From the human T2T-CHM13v2.0 reference genome, Homo sapiens, in NCBI RefSeq assembly GCF_009914755.1, contig NC_060934.1: 64,000 nucleotides of DNA. One strand, written 5' to 3'. Positions 13,746-28,684 of this stretch are shown here, piece after piece (position 1 is the stretch's first letter; each line of letters begins with the position of its first letter). The notes beneath the pieces were generated by a model. That model did not search any database. It saw nothing but the letters and a program-made list of their open reading frames with translations, and was not told the origin of the DNA. A program made the translations under genes and the position numbers.

Positions 13746-13913
13746 TTGAGATGAGACTATCATTTTCTCCTTTCATCTGTTATTGTAGTAGATTATATTT
13801 AAAGATATTCTAATGTTGACCCATTTTTGCACTCCTAGGATAAATTCTAGTTGGCCCTAATGTTTTTTTTAACCCATCTCAGTGCAACCTGAAGGCCCTA
13901 ATATTTTAATTAA

Positions 13914-13937
13914 GTGTGTGTGTGTGTGTGTGTGTGT
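13914..13937. repeat. (TG)n microsatellite
   Basis: Seen directly. Confidence 0.95.
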
Positions 13938-13965
13938 ATGAGATAGAGCCAAATTCAGTTTCTTT

Positions 13966-14325
<360 letters not shown>

Positions 14326-14489
14326 AAATTCAATTTCTTTATATTAATATTTAACATTTTTACATCTGTGTTCATAAATGAGATTAAATTACAGTTTATT
14401 TTATTGCCTGGTTTTGATTCAAAAGTCTCATAAAATGAGGCCTTCCTTCTTTTCTACTCTCTGGAATAGTTTGTAGAAGATTAAAAAAA

Positions 14490-14660
14490 AACTTACATGT
14501 CTAAATATGCTTTACCTTCCTCGGGCTCAGTTTCATCACAGATCAAGTGAGGATATTGCTGCCATCAACTTTGTGAATTGTTGAAATTTTGTGAGATGAG
14601 CCATGGTAAAGGACTTGGCACACAGTGAGTGCTCAGTAAGGTTGGCCATTGTTACTAACT
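14490..14660 (+). mobile_element. MIR
   Basis: gggctcagtttcatcacagatcaagtgagg...gacttggcacacagtgagtgctcagtaaggttggccattgttact. Confidence 0.7.
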
Positions 14661-15249
14661 TTGACACCCGTTTTGAAGAGCCCTTAGCTTTGCAGTTGTT
14701 GGCACTTCCTGAAACTGTCCTCTTTTGAGATTTCTCTGAACTACCTCAAAGCCTCACAGTGAGAAGCATCTGGTGTAGAGGAGTGAACATTCTGAACGAG
14801 AATCTCAGACAATCTGGCATGGTCATTTATTGCCTGGGTAATATTGATCAGAATACTTATCCCCTCCTTTTTTGTTTTAGAAAAGAAAGAAATTCTCTTC
14901 TGTTTCTTGTGCAGGGACAGCATGAGTTTGTGTTTGTTTGTTTGTTTGTTTGTTTGTTTGTTGTTTGTCTGTTTCTTAAGTTCCGGAGAGATTCTCATCT
15001 GCAAAAAGAAAAAATAAAACTCTCAAAATCCCCAAAACACATGCTATGAGGAGTTGCTGCTCTCTGTGTCTCAGCTAATCCTCTCCCTACCTGAAGAAAG
15101 AGATGAGTTGCTTTGTCCCCATCTACTCAGTTCCATCCACTCAAGCAAAGAACTTACCTTATCTCAAGGGGACAAAAAGAATGTGTTTATTAATGGGCCA
15201 AGCAGATTTCATTTGTCTTTAAGTGTGTCCAAGTTGATTAGGAACAATA

Positions 15250-15430
15250 TTCAACATAATAAGGGGCACCATTTATGGAGATCTTATTTCATTCAAGACA
15301 CCTTGCTGAAGTCACTACATGCATCCCACCAGCATGTTGTGAGTCTGCCAGTATTTAGTTATCTTCATTTTATAGATGAGGACACCAACACTTGGAGAGG
15401 TGAAATAATATGCCCAACATCACAGATGTA
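15250..15430 (-). mobile_element. MIR
   Basis: atcttcattttatagatgaggacaccaacacttggagaggtgaaataatatgcccaacatcacag. Confidence 0.7.
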
Positions 15431-18400
15431 TGGATATTTATTTAATCCTTAAACTTATTCCCTTAATCTGACCAAGCCACAGATTTGCCAGAGATTAGCT
15501 GATGGAAATCCCAGAAGGTCTCATTCAGATAAGAAGAGACTGGGATCCCCAGTATCTCTGAGCAGCCAATGTGAGCTGGAGTCGGCCCAGGTGGTGGCTG
15601 GAACATCATGGGACCTTCTGCATGAAGGGACCACTTCTTGGTCACTGTTTGATCACAATTTGCTATGCACCATTTGCCATGCAGAGCATTCTCATGTATG
15701 TTAACTCACTTGATCTTCACATCCATGCTAAAGAAGTATAAACACCTGAGCTTATCTAGAAGGATCCAAAGCACAGTTCAGGCTATTTGTCCCAAGCAGC
15801 CATTGCCTGACTTAAAAAATGGGAAGGGGCAATAAAACCATTAGCATACTGTTAGTAAACGTGACTGCACTTAACTAACTGCACTTAACTTTGTTAGAGG
15901 TTTGACACATAAAATATGACCACGACTGTGCTGTCTGCTCCAAAGGTCAACAGACCCTCCCCTGGGATTCTCCAAAGCTACAAGGAATGATTAATGAGCC
16001 TCATTAGCCAGGGTAATTGGGTGTTAGGAGAGCTACAGCTTTTGCCCTGATGGGAGTAACAGACGCCAACCCAGACATGCTGCTCAGCCCTGTTATTAAT
16101 GAGGCTCACATAAGTTTTAAGGTACTTTCAAAAACTCCAACCTGACTCTTCTTTGGGTTGGTTAAAGAAGAAATGAAAACAAATCGGATTGCCAGTTTGG
16201 GTAGCTTTTAACCACTGGTGTAAAGGACTCAGAAGTCATTATCTCAGTCATAGAAGCCTTTTCCATTCAGTTTCTTAACAATGGTAATGAGGAAAATAAA
16301 TGTGAAAAGAATGTCTCAGTAATGATGTATGCCATCTCAAAGCCATTTTATCACAGAATGCCAGGATGTTCGAGAAGATGACAGTAGTGCTTCTGGGAGG
16401 CCATTCTTCAAAGAACTGGTGACATTCATTGCTATTAATTGGTGACATTAATTGCTATTTGTTTAAAATAGCAGCTTGCATTTAATCTAATTTCTGGAGC
16501 CATCTCTTTGGCCTTTTGGAGTGGCCCACACATAATTTCTTTGTGATCAATGCTATAATCACACCATTGTTTCATCAAAGATGGCTTCATAAGTGTTTGT
16601 TGAGTGAATCTAAGCTTCCGGCGGTAGTAGACCACACTGACTTGGTTCTGTGTTAAGTTTCTGGAATAGAAAATGAGCCTAGATTGCTGTTTATGTCCAA
16701 GATGGGAGCCGGTACTACCTTTGATACAAAAATGCAGAAGATGTGTTTCCTGCCCTTCAAAAAGCTGACCATCCAGCATATATCAGGATGAAAGGCAGGC
16801 TTCTTATCATACGCCACTGGTGTTTGGTTGGCTGGTTGGTCATGGCTGCCTGGAGTGCTGTGTGGAGAAAATTCTGAGACTTCATCTAGGTCAGTGGAAA
16901 AAAAACACTGTGATCAAAGAAAACATCTATCATGGACGAGTTGGGTAGGAAGAGGGCGCAATGCTACATATTTTCCATCCCTATTTCAAAGAGCATAAAT
17001 AGACATTATATCACAAGTGCCAAGGAGCACAGGAAAGATAGAAATAATACTTGGTTGTTGTTCACATGAGGGTGAAAATACCTTCCCCTCCAGGGCCAGT
17101 GGTTGTTCTGTCCACTGTGGACAGACCCTGTGGGTGCCTTATGGGGGAGGAGGCTTGCGTCACACACAGCTTGGCACCTGTGATGGCAGCTGGTCTATGG
17201 AGATGCTGCTGAGAGTCCGGCAAAACTGCTTTTGTAACTGACCACAAATCCAGTTAGGGGTTGATAAACCCCAAACACTCCCTGGTCTTTGGAAACATTA
17301 TAGAGTTTATTACATAGAAGAGCTTGACTTTTAGATCAGATGAATGGGTTTTGTTTCTTATGTCCATAATGCAGCTTTAAGAAGCCTCCAGGTTTGTGGA
17401 TGGGGCTGGGTTAGAGACCTCTCACAGCAACAAGCTTACCACACCACCCAGCACGTGGAATTCAGCATGAGACTGACTTAAACCATTACAGCGATTTGTT
17501 TTCGCAATGACACAAAACTTACATACATGCTGAAATTAAGTGGCCTCTCACTGGGTTTTTGAGTTTCTTCTTTCTCTCCCTTCTTTGTCGGTGCCCTGGG
17601 TATGTATTTACTTTGCTATTGGGTAACCCAGTCCTGTGCTTTATGGTCATCTAGAGCCTGTGCCCATATTCACTCCAGGCTTTACCGGCTCTAGGTCTGG
17701 TCTCTGAAAAATAGGCTTTAAAGAAACTCGTATTGATGCCATTCCCAGTGGCTTATTTGCTTTGCCCTCATAGGCAGTAAAGAGATCATGAGCAGAACTG
17801 ACAGAGCAGGCAGGATCAGAGGAAATGCTCAGTATCTGGAAGGAGCTATAATTCTTCTGACACCTCTGCTTTCAGGAGCATGGAACCTGCTAGAAAGGGG
17901 CATCTCCTGACAGTCCAGTGGGCTTCTTAGTGCTGCCCCCACCCAGGATTAAAGCCATCTCAAGTTCTCATAAGGCCCTAAGCAGCCAGCCTGCTAGATT
18001 GAAACTAGGCATTGGGAAATCCCTTGGCTCTAAAGAATCCTGGTTATAACACTCTGAAAAAGACAAATCTGTCCCCCTGTATATCAACAGATCTAAGGAG
18101 CCCCATCTGTCCCCACATCCTTCAATAAAGAGGTTATTAGTAGCCAGTACTTCTGACATCCATTGCATGAAGGAACACAGTGTTTGCCATGTCGAGTGAA
18201 CACCCATCTGGGTGAGGAGAGGCTAGCAGGGCTGGGCTACAGGTAGTCCCTACCTGTGACTTGCTTTCCCAAGCAGTTTCTAAAGGCACGTCTCAGCTTT
18301 GCTATTCATTGGTTAGTCTTATGGCAGAGATGCTCATTTGGACCATCAGACCCAACACATTTCTTGCCTGTGTGTTCTGCCCCGGCCTAGACATTAAACA

Positions 18401-18720
18401 TTTGAACACAGCATCTGCCTTCACTGGGACTCAGTCCAATAAGGGAGAAAGACACACAGACATTTATGACCCAGTGCCATAAGGGCTGTCTTAGTGGAGT
18501 CACCCTTTACTCCTCTCTTTCTCTCATATTTCATAATCCGTCCTGTTGGCTTCTAACCAAGGTGGTGAATCTGACCACCTCTGCTCAAAATCCACTGTTG
18601 TCTCTCAATTCACTTTAGAATGTCCAACCAGGCTCCACATGCCTGCTCCCTGAAGTCTCTTCCAAATGCCATGTCCTGCTCACCCACTCTGCTCCAGCCA
18701 AACCTGTCTCCTGTCTTAAG

Positions 18721-18932
18721 CCTATCTGAAATGCTTGGGACCAGAGGTGTTTGGGATTTGGGATTTTTTGGGGGGAATATTTGCATTATACTTACCAGTT
18801 GAGCATCCCAAACCCCAAATCCAAAATAGCCTAATGAGAATTTCCTTTGAGCATCATGTTGTTACTCAAAAAGCTTTGGATCTGGGGGCACCTCAGATTT
18901 GGGGTTTTCAGATTTGGGAGGCTCAACCTGTA
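18721..18932. mobile_element. Tigger4a/MER46A (TcMar-Tigger MITE)
   Basis: tatctgaaatgcttgggaccagaggtgtttgggatt...tttcctttgagcatcatgtt...ggaggctcaacctgTA. Confidence 0.85.
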
Positions 18933-19069
18933 TCTGTTCCTCAGCCAGGAATATTTGTCCTCTACAAATGGGTAACTCCCTCTTTCAACTTTGTGTACAG
19001 ATGTCACCTACTCTGTGAGGTCTACCTGACCACCTATTTTACTTTTTAAACTTATTTTTTATTGAAGTA

Positions 19070-19071
<2 letters not shown>

Positions 19072-19111
<40 letters not shown>
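19072..19111. repeat. (TA)n microsatellite inside an L1M 3'-end fragment (about 19040-19230, minus)
   Basis: Seen directly. The flank accatttttaagtgtacagttcagtggc is an L1M 3' end. Confidence 0.9.
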
Positions 19112-19114
<3 letters not shown>

Positions 19115-19740
19115 ATTTACCATCTGTACCATTTTTAAGTGTACAGTTCAGTGGCAGTAAATACATTTATATTCTCCCTTTTCCCCCTCATTCTCCCTTT
19201 CCTCCTTTCTTCCCAGCCTTTGGTAACTGACCCCCTATTTTAAATGGGAAGCTGCCTTCCCACCCTTGTACTCGTGTACATCTTTTTTCTGCTTTGTTTT
19301 TTCCCATGGAGTTTCTCATTGTCCAGTAGACTGACATACATTATTTTACTGTACTTTGCTTTTTGAGCTTCACAGATATTGGAATTTTTACAAATGGAAT
19401 GTTTGTGGCAACCCTGCCTTAAGCAAGTCTATCGGTGGCATTTTTTCCAATAATATGTTTGCTTTGTGTCTCTGTGTCACATTTTGGTAATTCTGACCAT
19501 ATTTCAAACTTCATTATTATTATTTCTTTCAATTATTAGATTTGTTACAGTGATCTGCCATTGGTGATGTTTGTTACTATTGCAGTTGAAAACAAACCGT
19601 GTTCATAGATGACAAACTTAATTGATACATGATGTGTGAGTTCTAACTGTTCCATAGACCAGCTGTTCCTCCACCTCTCTTCTTCTCCCTATTCCCTGAA
19701 ACACAACAGTGTTGAAATGAGGCCGATTAATAACCCTACA

Positions 19741-21094
19741 ATGTCCTCTGAGTGTTCAAGTGAAAGGAAGAGTCCCACCTCTCTCACTTTAAATCAAAAG
19801 CTAGAAATTATTAAGCTTAGCGAGGAAGGCATGTTGAAAGCTGATGTAGGTCACAAACTAGGCCTCTTGTACCAGTTAGCCATGTTGTAAATGCAAAGGA
19901 AAAATTCTTGAAGGAAATGTAAAAAGTGCTCCTCCAGCGAACACATAAATGATGAGAAAGCAAAACAGCCTTATTGCTGATATGGAGAAAGTTTGAGTGG
20001 TTTGGAGAGAAGATCAAACCAGCCACAACATTCTTTTAAGCCAAAGTCTAATCTAGAGCAAGGCCCTAACTCTCTTCAATTCTATGAAAGCTAACAGAGG
20101 TAAAGAAGCTGCAGAAGAAAACTTGGAAGCTAGCAGAGGCTGGTTCATGAAGTTTTGGGAAAGAAGCTTTCTCTATAACACAAGAGAGCAAGTTGAGGAA
20201 GCAAGTGCTGATGTAGAAGCTGCAGCAAGTTATCCAGAAGATTTAGCTAAGATTACTGATGGAGGTGGCTACATCCAACAGATTTTTGAGGTAGACAAAA
20301 TACCCTTCTGTTGAAAGGAGATGCCATCTAGAACTGTCATAGCTAGAGAGCAGAAGTCAATGCCTGGCTTCAAAGCGAAAAAGGACAGGCTAGCTCTCTT
20401 ATTAGAGGCTAATACATCGGGTGAGTTTAAGTTGAAGCCAATGCTCGTTTTCCATTTTGAAAATCCTAGGGCCTTTATGAATGATGCTAAATCTACTCTG
20501 TCCATGTTCTATAAATGGAAAAAGAAAGCCTGGATGACAGCATACCTGTTTACAGCAGGATTTACTGAAAATCTTAAGCCTACTGTTGAGACCTTTTGCT
20601 CAGAAAAAAGATTCCTTTAAAAAATTACTGCTCATTGACAATGTACCCAGTCACGCAAGAGCTCTGATGGACATAGACAAGGAGATAAATGTTGTTTTCA
20701 TGCCTGCAATTACAGCATCCACTATGCAGCCCATGGATCAAAGATTCATTTTGACTTTCAAGTCTTATTATTTGCAAAATACATTTTTAAGGCTATAGAT
20801 GCCATAGATAGTGATTCCCCTGATGGATCTGGAAGGTCAGCTGAAAACCTTTTGGAAGGGATCACTATTCTAGATACCATGAACAACATTTGTGATTCAT
20901 GGGAGGAGGTCAAAATATCAACATTACCAAGAGTTTGGAAGAAGTTGATTCCAACCCTCATGGATGACTTGGAGGGGTCCAAGGCCTCAGTGGATGAAGT
21001 CATTGTAGATGTAGTGGAAATAGCAAGAGAACTAGAATTAGATGTGGAGCCTAAATATGCGACTGAATTGCCGCAATCTCATAATAAAACTTGA
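19741..21094 (+). pseudogene. disrupted Tigger1 (pogo/CENP-B-like DDE) transposase
   Basis: ORF pieces [75 protein letters not shown], split by stops and frameshifts. Confidence 0.9.
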
Positions 21095-21566
21095 ATGAAT
21101 GAGGAGTTGCTTTTTATGGTCGAGGAAGGAAAAGTAGTTTCTTGAGATGGAATCTACTCCTGGTGAAGATACTGTGAACATTTTTGAAATTACAACAAAG
21201 GGATTTAGAATAATCCACCAACTTAATTGCCAAAGCAGCAGGTTTTGAAAGGATTGACTTCTAATTTTGAAAAAAGTTATACTGTGGGTCAAATGTGATC
21301 AAACAGTATCACATGTTACAGAAATATCTTTCATAAAAGGAAGATTTAACCAATGTGGTAGACTTCATTGTTGTCTTATTTTAAGAAATTGCCACAGCCA
21401 CCCCAAACTTAAGCAACCACTATCCTGATCAGTCAGCAGCCATCAACATTTAGGCAAGACCCTCCACCAGCAAAAAGATTATAACTTGCTGAAGGATCAG
21501 ATCATTGTTAGCACCTTTTGGTAATAAAGTATTTTAATTAAGGTGTGTGCATTTTTTTAGACATAA

Positions 21567-21916
<350 letters not shown>

Positions 21917-22039
21917 GGTATAAACATAATTTGTATATGCATTGGGAAACCAAAAAAATTATGACTTACTTTATAGCAACATTTGCTTTATTGCAGTAGT
22001 CTGAACTGAACCCAAAATATCTCTGAGGTATACCTGTAG

Positions 22040-22232
22040 TATATTTCACTTATGTGTTGTTTGTTGGCTGTTCTCTCCAGTTGAAATGTAACCTCCACAT
22101 GGCAGGGATTTTTACCTGTCAGTTTATGAATATATCTAGGACCTAGAGTGTTACCTGGTATAGGGAAGGCCCTCAGTGAATATTTGCTTGGTGAATGAAT
22201 GCCTGCGTGAATAAATGCCTGAATGAATGAAT
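22040..22232 (+). mobile_element. L2 3' end (host element of Tigger1; more L2 at about 18530-19330)
   Basis: ctcagtgaatatttgcttggtgaatgaat...tgaatgaatgaa. Confidence 0.7.
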
Positions 22233-23098
22233 GTATCAGTGCACAGAGCAGAAAGCAGAAAGTGACTATCCTAAGGGGGTAGTGTAAATGTCTGAAAGGT
22301 TTCAACCATGAGGAGACTACTTCTGGGCTGGGAGTTTTCCAGATGGAGGGTGAGGAAGGAGAAGAATTGGGCGGCTTTTCAGGTAGAGGGAACGGCAATT
22401 ATAAAGTCACTGGGGCCTGGAAGAGTTAATTTAACACTTATTATAACACACTTATTATAATAATTTTATGCCATCGAGGTATGCCTGTTCCCAGACTGTT
22501 TATTCTTGTAAATAATATATCATGTTCTTATAAAATAGTCTGAAGTTTTGTAGGCATGGCAAAATCTGACTCACAATTATTTTGGTTTGCAGTAGTGCTC
22601 TGAAAACCAAATTCCTCTCAGAAGATTGAAATTTGAAATCTGAAACTGTGGGGGTATTCTCACCCATTCCTAACAGATTCCTAAGATGTTCAAAAGTGTA
22701 AATCTATAAAGCTGTGTAGCTAGAAATTCAGAGACTCAGATTTATTGATATTGATTCTATCTCACAAGGAAAGGTAATGAAAATGTCATTGGAGGTAGCT
22801 GGTTGGTGGAGATCTCTCCACCCTTAACCATGATGTCTTTCAGAGAATGAAAGCTGGCCAAGTTTGACAGCTTCCATTCTGCATCTCAGAGAACTGTAAT
22901 AAGATGACCCATGAAATACTGGCTTGATCTTTCACTTGTGGGAATTCAAATATTTGAAGTAATACTCTCCTAGTTTCAATGAGCTTATAAAGAAGGTTGA
23001 ATAAAGAATCAAAAATTCTGTATCTGAAATTTAAAAAACAACAATAGCAAAATGCTACAGCAAAGACATGGTGTAGCATAGTAGAAAAAGCACTAGAT

Positions 23099-23428
<330 letters not shown>

Positions 23429-24258
23429 TTAAGTTCGAAGCCCAGGGTTAAAATACTGGCTCCATCCATGTGACCTTGACCAAATTGCTTTATGTTTCTG
23501 AGCCCAGATAGCCTCAGTTATAAATGATAGGTTTGTTATGTGAGTAAGGCCCAACATAGGCCTCAACAATTGTTAGTAATGTAGGAATCTGGAAGTTATA
23601 ATTGAGGCAGACATGCATGGACATCGTATAAGTGAAAAGGAAGTGAAATCTAGAAAATGTGAGTCAAAATGATGAAAATGTAAAGATTATGGGAAGAGAT
23701 GACAGTGACTAGAGAATACCATTTTTTATTTTCTAATGTTATTGATGAAGTTGGTATTCATTACAACACCACTGATTCACTTGGGATTGAAAAGTGATGC
23801 CATCTGCCTTGCCGGGGAATCAAGTCATAACTCATTACTGTTAGAATGAGATCATTAAGATGACACATTGCCAACATAAGGAACACTGTCACAAAGCTCT
23901 GGGAAAATAAGCAGTTTAGGAAGGGAGTCTCCGTTGATAGGAATGGTTGAGTGATTATAATATTGTGGCTCAAGCTTTATCCCAAACCCCGCACCAGACA
24001 TTGGCTGAGGAAAATAAGAAGGGGAAAAGTTGTATCTAAGGGAAAAGACAGAAGCACTTTACCTTAAGTGACCTGCTATTTACAACCTATGTGCTAGACA
24101 ACTTATCATCATCTTTGGCTAAACTCTTTTCTATGTTTGAGGAATTCCCTACTTTCTGAGGTTTGGGAGGAGGCAGAATCTCCTGGGAGGGGATGACAGA
24201 GCCAGGTCCTCCCTCTTGAGGACCCTAACAGCAGAGAATAATCTCTGGCCTCATCCAG

Positions 24259-24362
24259 TTCTTTGTTGCCCAGGCAGGACTTGAACTCCTCAGCTCAAGC
24301 AATCCTCCTGCCTCAGCCTCTGCAGTAGCTGGCACTACAAGTGCATACTACCACCCCTGGCT
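24259..24362 (-). mobile_element. FLAM / Alu monomer fragment
   Basis: gttgcccaggcaggacttgaactcctcagctcaagcaatcctcctgcctcagcctc. Confidence 0.8.
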
Positions 24363-24679
24363 ATTTTGTTTCATTTTTTTGTTAACATTTCAAATTGACG
24401 CATAAGTGTGCATATTTATGGGGTACATAGTGATGTTTTCATATACACAATGTATAGTGATCAAGGGTAATGAGCATTGGGTTTTGATTGAATGTAACTT
24501 GCAAGAGAGTGAGTGGCAGGATTTGAGCACAAAATGAAGTAGAGCATGCAAATGTAAGTGCTTTGCAAATTGTAGAGTGCTAGAAAAAAATGTTGATTCT
24601 TTTTAATTTTCTCCCTTCCAGGGTTATTTACAGACTAAATGAGACAGTGTATATCTAACATTGCTTTGTGGATGCTATC

Positions 24680-25830
24680 AAGTGCTGGCAAATGTGTGGG
24701 AGAATGAATGGAAAACTTCATCAATTTCTAGGATAGTAAATTGGTGCTGCTATTTTGGAGAGCAATTTGTCAGCCTTCAGGGGAAACTGAATATGCACAT
24801 CCTCTAAGACCCAGCAGTTTCACTTCAAAGAAAATTTCTTATATGCACAGAGACTTGTACAAGGATATTTATCACAGCACTGTTTGTAATAACAAAGGGC
24901 TGGAAATAAACCAAATGGCCAATGATAAGAATTGATAAATGTGGTAAATGCCTAAAATAGAATGTCACACAGCAGTTAAAAAATCATTTATTCACTAATT
25001 AAGCAAAGGACAAAAAGCCTCAACAGAAAAAAAAAGACAAAAGCCTTGAATAGTCACTTTGCCAAATGTTCAATACACGTACAAAAACATGGGCAAGTTC
25101 ATTGGTTGTCAAGGAAGTTCGAATTAAAGCCACATTTTGCAGGTACAACACTGGCACAAGTTTAAGTCTGATGATACCAAGTCTTGGAGAAGGTTGAAGC
25201 TACTGGAAAACCTGCCCTCTGCTGGTGGGAGTGCAAATTGCTCCAAGCTCTTTGGACAATAATTTGGCATCCTCTAGTGAAGTTGAAGATGTGTGTGCTT
25301 GAGACTCAGCAATTCCCCTTTGTGACATCAGGATGCTCCCGCACATATGCTTAAGAACATTCATGCCAGCTTTGTTTATATAACAAAAACGTGGAAATAA
25401 CCCAAATGTCTGAGGATGGGGAATGGACAAATAATGGTTCATAGTTATGAAAATGAATACACAACAGCTACAAGCATCTACTGGAATGAATCTCACATGC
25501 ATTGTGTTGTAGAAGAATATGTATAATTCCATTTATGTAAAGTTTAAAAGCATGCACAACTAAATGATATGTTATTTATGAGTATATGACATATATGATA
25601 AAGGCAAAGAATAAATAAAGTAAGGAAAGGTAAGACAATAAGAGTTTGTGATACTGGTTACCTATTATGGGGAAGGATGTTGGGGACAGGTGGGACACCT
25701 TGGGGATTATCTGATACTGGCAATCTGACAGGTGGTAGGTCACCAGGTGTTCTTATTAACTTCAATACTCTATATATCCTAACACTGGTAAATCTCAAGT
25801 ATGTAATACTGAATGAAAAAAAATCAAAAG
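24680..25830 (+). mobile_element. old L1 (L1ME-like) 3' fragments
   Basis: gctggtgggagtgcaaattg...ttggcatcctctagtgaagttgaagatg...ataattccatttatgtaaagtttaaaa. Confidence 0.7.
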
Positions 25831-27249
25831 TCAAATAGTACAGTCCTATTTGTGAAGAAAAACTAACCCACGTGAATAAAGTATTGTTAGGGATGCCTCT
25901 CTATGTAAATAAAGCCGTACAGGGCAGCTACATGTTAAATTCGTTGGCGTGTGCACATACAGTGGAATGATAATGGGATTAGGGACTGAGTGAAGGGGAG
26001 GGCAGTACATAACATTTCAAAATGGTAAACATGAAAATGGGGCTGTTTGTGAACTCCTGATGCTTGTGTGCCATGAACTGACTTGAGGTGGTTAAATTAA
26101 GCAATTCGCTCTCTTTCCATGCATGTGATATCCCAAAGGGAAAGAAAGGTTGCTTTGCAAATTAGAATAATCAAAATCAAGTATGAACCATTAAACATGT
26201 TTTGCTTGCTGGTAGATTAAGGATCACACTGGATATACAGTAGAAAATAAAGCTATTTGCTAATGTGCCTTGAATCTTTAGTCAAAAATCTGTCATGAAC
26301 TGAGACACATGCTGAATTTCCTTCTTTTCTCCTCTTTTAAAATAAATAATAAGTTATAAGGGATCTTTGGGTTGATTTAAAATGACCACCAGCCATTATT
26401 ACAGCACATCTAAGCTACTGACGTGGCCTCTTTGCTGTTTACACCGACTTATAGCTGTTCTAGACCCAACTCTATCCTTTTTAGGCTGGTCAAAAATTCA
26501 ACACCAATATCTTCATTCTAGAGAACTTTAACTACATAATGGCAAAAATGATAAGGCAGAAAACTGAAAACAAAGCAATACAAAATCCTATAATAATTGA
26601 AAAGAAAAAAATAAAAATGTCCTTATTTTCAGAAGATATGTATCTAGAAAATCCCAGTGAATTAATTGGAATGGAACTAATAAGACAATTCATTCAATGA
26701 GATGGCCAGGCAGAAAATGAAGATAGAAATATCAAAGACTTCCCTATGTGTATGTGCATACCTTAGTTAGAAAGCATGATGGGGGAAAAGCACCATTCAT
26801 AAAAGTCACCCTTTCTGGGGTGCTGGGTTCAAGGTCTCTCATGGAAACAATCCCATTTACTTTTGGCCTCTCGCCCCATCACCCTGGGCTGCACCCTGTC
26901 CAAAGGGCTCTGTGGGGACAAATGCCATGGCACCTCCTCTGCTGGCCTTGACACATGTTTCTTTTTACAACACTTAAGATCTGCAGCCCTGCCTGTGACA
27001 CAGAAAGCTTTAACATTCTCCCATTCAAGGCAGTGCCAGCTCCTCAGAATCATCTCCAATCACATCACCAATTCAGAAGGCTCTGTGTTTGTATCGCTAA
27101 AGAGCCCATTTGGCTGGTTTTCCCAGAAAAATGGAACAGTCTCCTCAAATGGACTACTGAAATCGTTTCCTCCTGTCAAACTGAAATGGCTTACTTAGAG
27201 TTCTCAAATAACTGACTTCTTTTTACATTGTTAGCTTTGATGTTTCAAA

Positions 27250-27537
27250 AAGCAACAGTTCTGAGCAAACTTCTCTATAATGGTAAAAACTCTGAAGTCA
27301 TGGCTTCTGGGGCTGGGAGTTGAAAAAGGCAAGAGATAATTTTCTGGGGTGATGGAAATGTTCTATATCTTGTCTTGGGTGGTGATTCCACAGGTCGGTT
27401 TTTGATTTATCGTCAAAATCGTTTTTGATGATTATATCGTCAAAATCGTTTTTGATGATTATATCGTCAAAAATTATTGAATAGAAGACTGAAGATCTGT
27501 ACACTTTATTGCATGTAAATCAGACTTCAATTAAAAA
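27250..27537 (+). mobile_element. L1MC/ME 3' end containing a hairpin tandem repeat
   Basis: ttttctggggtgatggaaatgttctatatcttg...gatctgtacactttattgcatgtaaat. Confidence 0.75.
27398..27473. repeat. 27-bp tandem repeat (about 3 units) of a near-palindromic unit
   Basis: gtttttgatgattatatcgtcaaaatc twice, plus one shorter variant. Confidence 0.95.
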
Positions 27538-28255
27538 GTACCTGTAATTCTTAAAAGTTAGGATACATCAGAATTGCCCAGAGTCTTCATAACTTTGCAG
27601 AGGTTTAACCTTGAAGATTGTCAGTAGAGCATTGATGGGTGGAGGAAGCTGTATTTTTATCAAGCATCTCCAGGTGGTTCTCTCATTATCCTTTGGGAGA
27701 CACTGACTTAGGTTCCAAGTTTCAGCTTGGGCACTCCAGACATGGTTCTCGGAGTTTACAGGTTTCTGTGCAGTGTGTAAGCATCAGATGGGCTGGCTTC
27801 CTCTCCCTATTGCTGAGGATGACCTTGCTGAGCACACATCCACCTAGAAGTTTCTAGGGGCACTTTCTAGTGACATAGGCCCAGAGTCTTTGGCCACCTC
27901 TACTCCAGGCAGAACACAGAAGCACAGCTAAGTCAGAGAAATGGAGTTGCCTGCAGGAAAGACGATGTATTTGCTTTAAATTTCCAGAAAATGCTGATGT
28001 CGCCACAGGTATCCCCACCTTTCTTCTGAGATGGGATTTGAAATTTACTAACAATCTCACTGTAGAATCAAAAGTCTTCCTAACTTTTACCTCACCCTGA
28101 TTCATGGCAGAAAGTTCACTACTGGAGTCACTGCTGTAGGATGAGGTGGAATTTCTTCCCGTAAATCCCTGTTAGAATGCAGAATAACAGAGTAGCAAAG
28201 AGCTTCAGAAATTAGATACAGGAACAAATGTCAGGGTGACTAAAAGAAAAATAAT

Positions 28256-28539
<284 letters not shown>

Positions 28540-28684
28540 CTAAGAGTAAAAAGAAAGGTGGATTAAGTTACCCTGAATATACCCCAATTGAGGAATCATT
28601 TCTGTTTTGGGAAGAAGAGAAGGCTGTAAAGTAAGACTGAAATTTGTGTATCCCTGGGAGCCAAGCAGACAATTCTACTAGGGA

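Noticed and set aside
15864-15890. 13-bp direct repeat actgcacttaact (a similar small repeat lies near 22432-22460)
   Set aside because: Ordinary micro-duplication with no further structure
19636-21094. Domesticated TIGD1-like gene
   Set aside because: The transposase is split over at least five ORFs by stops and frameshifts
27398-27473. CRISPR-like array of palindromic repeats
   Set aside because: No unique spacers, no cas genes, eukaryotic context; it is a simple tandem repeat
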